Shown piece after piece: positions 56,912 through 64,000 of a stretch of DNA of 64,000 bases (positions within the stretch are counted from its first letter, which is position 1; each line of letters begins with the position of its first letter). The DNA comes from an uncultured Candidatus Saccharibacteria bacterium (GTDB lineage Bacteria > Patescibacteriota > Minisyncoccia > UBA6257 > 2-01-FULL-56-20), in NCBI GenBank assembly GCA_965231155.1, contig OZ246418.1:368751-432750 (forward strand), in the 5' to 3' direction. The notes below the pieces were generated by a model that saw only the letters and a list, made by a program, of their open reading frames with translations, did no database searches and was not told the DNA's origin. The position numbers were made by a program, and so were the translations under genes.

Positions 56912-57775
56912 ATGGATAATATGCCTGTTCCTCAGTCGGTGGTGAGCGGTTTGCCTGGAGCTCAGCAACTCCTAAGAGATACTTGGATGGTTCTTGTTGG
57001 TCACTGGAAAAACTTAGCTCGGTTTTCGGTGTTAAACGTCCTTCTTGGTTTTGGAGTGAGTGTAATAGTTGGATTTGGAGCTTTTGTAGTTGTCATGGGA
57101 GTTGAAGACAGCGCGACTAATTGGGGAAACATTGGAATCTTTGGCGTAGCCTTAGTTATTGGTTTTCTCATTGTGGTGACTCTATCTTTTTGGATCTCGG
57201 CCGCACTACTTGAAGCGATCCGGGCCATCCGTCAGGAAGGGAGAGATCTTAGTTTGGGAGAGGCTTTTCAGTTGGGACGAAGACGAATGTGGGCTTTGGC
57301 CGTTGTCGGGCTTTGGACGGGTTTGGCTATTACGGGCGGATTCATTCTCCTTATTATTCCGGGTATTATATGCGCCGTGTGGTTTGTGTTTAGTTCTTTT
57401 GTGTTTGTAAATGAGAATATTTCTGGGACGGATGCATTGCGACAGAGCAAGAAATACGTAGTTGGAAGATGGTGGGCGGTGTTTGGAAGGCTGATCACGC
57501 TGTGGGTTACTTTATGGATCGTTTCCATGGTGGCAGATTTTATCTTTAGAACGATTTTTCATTTTTCGTATACGCCCCAGCCATACACTGCTCCCTTTTC
57601 TTTTATTCCTACAGTAGCTCCTTGGTATGTGTTACTTTTTTCTATAAAATCATTCTTCCTAAGTATATTTTCCTCTTTAATGACTTTGGTGTATCTGCAA
57701 CTTCTTTACGAGGCATTGCGTGGCGGTGGCATTGCTGAGGTTCCATTGCCAGCTCCGGCAGTTACCGAGAGCTAG
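56912..57775 (+). CDS. Polytopic membrane protein, function unknown
   Basis: Multiple TM helices (VLNVLLGFGVSVIVGFGAFVVVMG, IFGVALVIGFLIVVTLSFWISAALL...). Start uncertain (56879 / 56912 / 56921). Confidence 0.5.
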   Translation: MDNMPVPQSVVSGLPGAQQLLRDTWMVLVGHWKNLARFSVLNVLLGFGVSVIVGFGAFVVVMGVEDSATNWGNIGIFGVALVIGFLIVVTLSFWISAALLEAIRAIRQEGRDLSLGEAFQLGRRRMWALAVVGLWTGLAITGGFILLIIPGIICAVWFVFSSFVFVNENISGTDALRQSKKYVVGRWWAVFGRLITLWVTLWIVSMVADFIFRTIFHFSYTPQPYTAPFSFIPTVAPWYVLLFSIKSFFLSIFSSLMTLVYLQLLYEALRGGGIAEVPLPAPAVTES

Positions 57776-57846
57776 TCACCTCATTTTTTGATCGTTGTCC
57801 GTTTTTTATGTCCTTCTGATGAAAAGGGTGTGGTATCCTTATCGAT

Positions 57847-58488
57847 ATGAAGAGCGTTAAGAAGAATAATCGAAGTTCGTCGAAGGATCTAAAAACCTTG
57901 GCGAACTTTATCTATGAGACGGGCATTCTCACAAAAACTCCTCGTTCCGGTTTGTGGTTTCTTGGGACTGGCAAACAGTCAGTAGCGGAGCATCTTTTCC
58001 GGACGACGATGATTGGCTATGTGTTGGCTCATCTTGTTCCGAAGGCCAACAAGGAGAGGTTGCTGTTCTTATGTTTAATGCACGATCTCGGAGAGGGACG
58101 GACGTCTGATCTGAATTATGTGCACCAGAAGTATGGACGGTTGGCTGAGTCTCAGGCAGTTTCCGATTTAGCCAAGACGTTGCCTTTTGGAAAAGAAATC
58201 GAGAATGCATATAAAGAAGAACAGGCACGATTAACTTTGGAGGCTAAATTGGCCAAAGACGCAGATAATTTAGAGTGGATGACAACGATGAGAGAGGAGG
58301 CGATTAAGGGGAATAGTAAGGCTGAGATTTGGGCTAAGTTGGCCTATCGACGACTGAAGACTAAGGAGGCTCAGAAGTTGGGAAAGGCTATTTTAGAGTC
58401 CCATCCTGACGACTGGTGGTTCGATGAGAAGGATACTTGGTATGTGAATCGTCCACAGTCGTCAAAGCGATGGCGGACACGTTCTTAG
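57847..58488 (+). CDS. HD-domain phosphohydrolase (YfbR-like 5'-deoxynucleotidase family)
   Basis: HD motif CLMHDLGEGRTSDL with upstream His (AEHLFRTTMIGYVLAHL). About 210 aa. Confidence 0.8.
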   Translation: MKSVKKNNRSSSKDLKTLANFIYETGILTKTPRSGLWFLGTGKQSVAEHLFRTTMIGYVLAHLVPKANKERLLFLCLMHDLGEGRTSDLNYVHQKYGRLAESQAVSDLAKTLPFGKEIENAYKEEQARLTLEAKLAKDADNLEWMTTMREEAIKGNSKAEIWAKLAYRRLKTKEAQKLGKAILESHPDDWWFDEKDTWYVNRPQSSKRWRTRS

Positions 58489-58497
58489 ATAAGATTA

Positions 58498-58959
58498 TTG
58501 CTAACTATTTCGTATTCATTTATTCTCAACTACGGAATTACAATTATGGAAATCATAGAAAAAATACTGCGATTTTTTGATAAGCTTGAAGATCGCGTGA
58601 GGAGCAAGCTGAGTCATATTCCTATTCTTTACGCCTTTATTGGTGGGATTGGCATCGTGCTTTTTTGGCGTGGGGTATGGCATACCGCTGACTATCTTTT
58701 AGTGCAGTCTGGCCCTTGGTGGGATGGTCCAGTTTCTCTACTCATTAGTACGGCGATCTTGCTGATGGTTGGTTTGTTCGTCTCGGCATTTATTGGTGAT
58801 AGTCTTATTCTGTCAGGATTAAAGAAAGATAAGAAGTTAGTTGAAAAAACTGAGATCGAAGTTGAGACGGAAGAGGATGTCCTGCATTCGATTCAGGATC
58901 AGGTCGAAGAAATTGAGAGTCATGTGCATCAACTGAAGCGGATGCATAAAGAAAAGTGA
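58498..58959 (+). CDS. Small membrane protein with acidic C-terminal coiled-coil tail, unknown function
   Basis: Two TM helices (IPILYAFIGGIGIVLFW; VSLLISTAILLMVGLFVSAFIG) then EIEVETEEDVLHSIQDQVEEIESHVHQL. Confidence 0.45.
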   Translation: MLTISYSFILNYGITIMEIIEKILRFFDKLEDRVRSKLSHIPILYAFIGGIGIVLFWRGVWHTADYLLVQSGPWWDGPVSLLISTAILLMVGLFVSAFIGDSLILSGLKKDKKLVEKTEIEVETEEDVLHSIQDQVEEIESHVHQLKRMHKEK

Positions 58960-59087
58960 TTATATGAAAAAAACTTTTGTGAGCGTCTTCGTGTTATTCA
59001 TCATTTTGAGCTTGTTGGCCCCTTTGTTTTACTATTAATTTCCTTTTGCCTTTTTAGTAACTATTCAGTACTCTAAGGAGGAATTTT

Positions 59088-59158
59088 GGGCCCGTAGTTA
59101 AGTGGTATAACGCGGCATTCGCATTGCTGAGGCGGGAGTTCGATTCTCCCCGGGTCCA
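59088..59158 (+). tRNA. tRNA-Ala (anticodon CGC), no encoded CCA
   Basis: Acceptor GGGCCCG/CGGGTCC with the G3:U70 wobble (alanine identity element). D-arm TAGTTAAGTGGTATAAC. Anticodon stem CGGCA/TGCTG with loop TTCGCAT. T-arm GGGAG-TTCGATT-CTCCC. Discriminator A. Confidence 0.9.
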
Positions 59159-59281
59159 CAAATGGAAAAAGAGTTTAGTGATAATTTCAGTCTGATTCTT
59201 TTTTAAGTCCACACCCTAGGACTTCCCTGTTTCGTATAAATAATTCATAATCTTGTCAGATCTTGAAGGAGGGTCTAAGTT

Positions 59282-59524
59282 ATGACGGAGGCAGTAGCTC
59301 TTATGGTGGTTTCGACTTTTGGTCTTCTGATTTTTCCCGGTCGTCTTGGTAGCGACTTGGTTGGAGGCGAGAGTCGGCAGAGGATAGTAGGGGATGCATT
59401 GCTATCGTTGCTCTGTTCCATTGGTTTTGCATATGGCCTCATCCTCTTCGGAGGCGGTTGGCCAGTTTCGGCTTCGTGTGCCGAGATTCCTGTTTGCCGG
59501 ATGGCTTTGTCTGGTGGTTTGTAG
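59282..59524 (+). CDS. Small hydrophobic protein (80 aa) with a strong Shine-Dalgarno sequence, followed by a terminator
   Basis: GAAGGAGGG 7 nt upstream of the ATG. Two hydrophobic segments. Terminator aatccc-aatgag-gggatt-ttttat at 59527-59552. Confidence 0.35.
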   Translation: MTEAVALMVVSTFGLLIFPGRLGSDLVGGESRQRIVGDALLSLLCSIGFAYGLILFGGGWPVSASCAEIPVCRMALSGGL

Positions 59525-59526
59525 AA

Positions 59527-59552
59527 TCCCAATGAGGGATTTTTTATTATTC
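59527..59552 (+). terminator. Rho-independent terminator
   Basis: gaatccc aatgag gggatt tttttatt. Confidence 0.6.
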
Positions 59553-59823
59553 GAGATACTTCTTACAATATGATGACATCCACCTTTTCTACTCACGAAT
59601 CGATAGCGAGCAAAATGTCGTTGAATTAGCTTTCGGAAGGTGGCGACCTGAGAACGCAAGGAGGCTTTTCAGTAGAAAAGAACTCCTGGTAATTCAACGA
59701 TTCTTTTTGCGAGTCAGTTATCCACACTCTTTTAGCCTTGGGTGTAGTAAAATTAAGGAAAGCCTTAGAGATTATCTAGGGAAAGGTCGAGCAGGTTCTT
59801 TTGATGTTTTTAATTTACTATTC

Positions 59824-60534
59824 ATGGATACTTCAACAGTAGCAAGCAACAACTTCAACTATTTTGCTGGACTTCTGGCGAACGCCTTCACGAACGTCTG
59901 GGGACTCTTCCTGAGTTTGACCTTTAGTCTCTTGGGAACGCTCGTCGTTCTTCTGATTGGTCTTTTTGTCGCCGCAGGGTTGGGCAAATTAGTAGAGAAA
60001 GTTTTTGAGACATTGCGAATTGACGAGGTGTTTGAGAATGCTGGACTGAAGCCATATTTTGAACGGGCTAATGTACGATTGCGTGTAGCCTATTTCTTGG
60101 GACGCACCGTCTATTGGTTTGTCATCATTGCTTTCCTTTTGGTTATCTCCGACTTCTTGCAACTCGCTGCATTTTCGATGTTCCTGGGTGATGTGCTGAA
60201 CTATATTCCAAACGTTATTGCCGCAGTCTTGATTATGTTAGCGGCAGTAGTCGTTGCAAGTTTCTTGCGTGGAGTGGTTCGCGCCTCAGTCATGGGTGCC
60301 AGAATGCATGCCGCCCAGTTTTTGGGAACAATCACTTGGTGGGCGATCGTGGTCTTTGGTTTCTTCACGGCTCTTTTACAGCTTCGTGTCGCAGAGACAG
60401 TGGTCAATGCGTTGATCACCGGATTTGTAGCGATGCTTGCGTTAGCTGGTGGTTTGGCTTTTGGTTTGGGTGGCAAAGATTACGCCGCTCATCTCTTGAA
60501 CAAACTACGCGAGGAGACAGAATCACGTCGATAG
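59824..60534 (+). CDS. Polytopic membrane protein (possible small mechanosensitive-channel-like or transporter protein), function unknown
   Basis: Five or six TM helices, Gly/Ala-rich. Start taken at MDTSTVASNNF; the longer ORF from 59707 has a non-protein-like N-terminus. Confidence 0.5.
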   Translation: MDTSTVASNNFNYFAGLLANAFTNVWGLFLSLTFSLLGTLVVLLIGLFVAAGLGKLVEKVFETLRIDEVFENAGLKPYFERANVRLRVAYFLGRTVYWFVIIAFLLVISDFLQLAAFSMFLGDVLNYIPNVIAAVLIMLAAVVVASFLRGVVRASVMGARMHAAQFLGTITWWAIVVFGFFTALLQLRVAETVVNALITGFVAMLALAGGLAFGLGGKDYAAHLLNKLREETESRR

Positions 60535-61095
60535 TTTTTTAAAAAACTGCTGTAGTTCGTCTCGTAATTTTTCGAGGAATACGGTGAGTGGTGATGCTGT
60601 GAGGGCGTTATCATATTACCTACACCTCCTCGAAAAATTACGGGATGAGCTCGGCGGTTTTTTTGTTTCTCTAAGAAATAAAAATAGAGAAGCGTTGTGC
60701 TTCTCTATGGAGAGATTCTGTCGAGACCAAACTGGCGGAGAACAACAGGATCTGTACATCGTTTCTGTGTTCGCCAGAGAATCTGATCTCTAACAGGGGA
60801 GTCTTCAGAGCTCATATCCTGGAGCATACCGTGCATCTCAAGATTTTCGAAGACTACTGCCCCGTGTTTTTCATAATGCACTTGAGGATAGCATTCGTGG
60901 ATGACGATTCCCCTGGAGAGATAGGCAAGGCGCTTACAGGAGAGTCGAAAGTGGGTAGTCAGCTTCTGGAACTTTCCCCAGACTTGCTTAGGTAAACTCA
61001 AGCTTCCATGTGCTTCCATGTTCGTGATTTCTCCTTTCGCTAGGCTGATTCTAGCATGTTTTTCTATCCCCAGGCTATGCACTTTGCGGGCTTTC

Positions 61096-61124
61096 TTGAC
61101 AAGGGGAGGGGGCTCGGGTACACT
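61096..61124 (+). promoter_or_regulatory. Near-consensus sigma70 promoter (TTGACA-N17-TACACT) about 200 nt upstream of the 23S rRNA 5' end
   Basis: ttgaca at 61096-61101, 17-nt G-rich spacer, tacact at 61119-61124. Several leader hairpins between 60561 and 60740 (for example the 15-bp stem cgtaatttttcgagg / cctcgaaaaattacg). Confidence 0.5.
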
Positions 61125-61321
61125 CTCTTCTACGTATGAGGACTCATAGAAACCTGTTGACCTAGAGTGGTTGCGCGAGGCTTTCTAAAGTCTTGGGTGC
61201 CGCTCAGAGAGCGGTTTTTTTGTTCCATGCGAGCTCGTTGAAATTTTAATGATTAAGTAATTAAGTAGGTTCGTCTTCTTGCTCCTCAAGGCAGGAAGCG
61301 AACATAAGTCAGCATTGGGAT

Positions 61322-64000
<2,679 letters not shown>

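Noticed and set aside
60584-61082. ORFs 60584..60793(+) and 60705..61082(-) upstream of the 23S rRNA
   Set aside because: They overlap each other within the hairpin-rich rRNA leader/promoter region. There is no ribosome-binding site or recognisable domain. More likely non-coding.

Overview
This 64-kb window reads like a gene-dense chromosomal segment from a small-genome, probably monoderm bacterium, plausibly a Candidate Phyla Radiation (Patescibacteria)-type organism. That placement is inference from gene content only. Almost the whole window is explained by features in this order: a partial cysteine desulfurase; ClpB; a GalU-like nucleotidyltransferase; a gene with a DeoR-type winged HTH; a 1155-aa Ser/Thr-rich surface protein with an N-terminal peptidoglycan-binding domain; a Wzy_C (O-antigen-ligase-like) plus TPR membrane protein; HU; an ECF sigma factor with an overlapping anti-sigma gene; NUDIX; and tRNA-Gly and tRNA-Arg. 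Next come ComFC and a complete type IV pilus / competence-pilus operon: pilM, pilN, pilO, pilB, pilT, pilC, a major pilin, prepilin peptidase and three pseudopilins. After that: NAD-dependent DNA ligase; tRNA-Asp; gatA and gatC in an operon with a PP-loop protein and MurD (minus strand); a DsbA-like protein; two tRNA-CAU genes; and a GT2 plus GtrA pair. The second half holds a 1021-aa NHL-repeat beta-propeller surface protein followed by two smaller secreted proteins that share a distinctive Cys-containing domain (one 372-bp stretch is 100% identical between two of the genes). Then comes an ABC-transporter-dependent glycan locus (Wzm, Wzt, pyruvyl transferase, three GT2, HAD-like, polyprenyl sugar-phosphate transferase, and a second Wzy_C-TPR protein). 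The window ends with a PheS catalytic domain fused to a PheT-type FDX-ACB domain (a mitochondrial-like monomeric PheRS architecture), a CCA-adding enzyme, tRNA-Pro, an HD hydrolase, tRNA-Ala, and a 23S rRNA gene that runs to the window edge. The 23S gene has its own consensus promoter, no 16S upstream, a helix-45 IVS-like insertion and a large helix-63-region expansion. Other points worth a second look: a hairpin with an invariant 14-nt loop followed by a -35 box upstream of clpB and of the wHTH gene; tRNA 3'-end duplications flanking short inserts (tRNA-Pro, tRNA-Arg); and two apparently leaderless TGgTATAAT-N6-ATG promoters. No CRISPR arrays, transposases, integrases or reverse transcriptases were seen.
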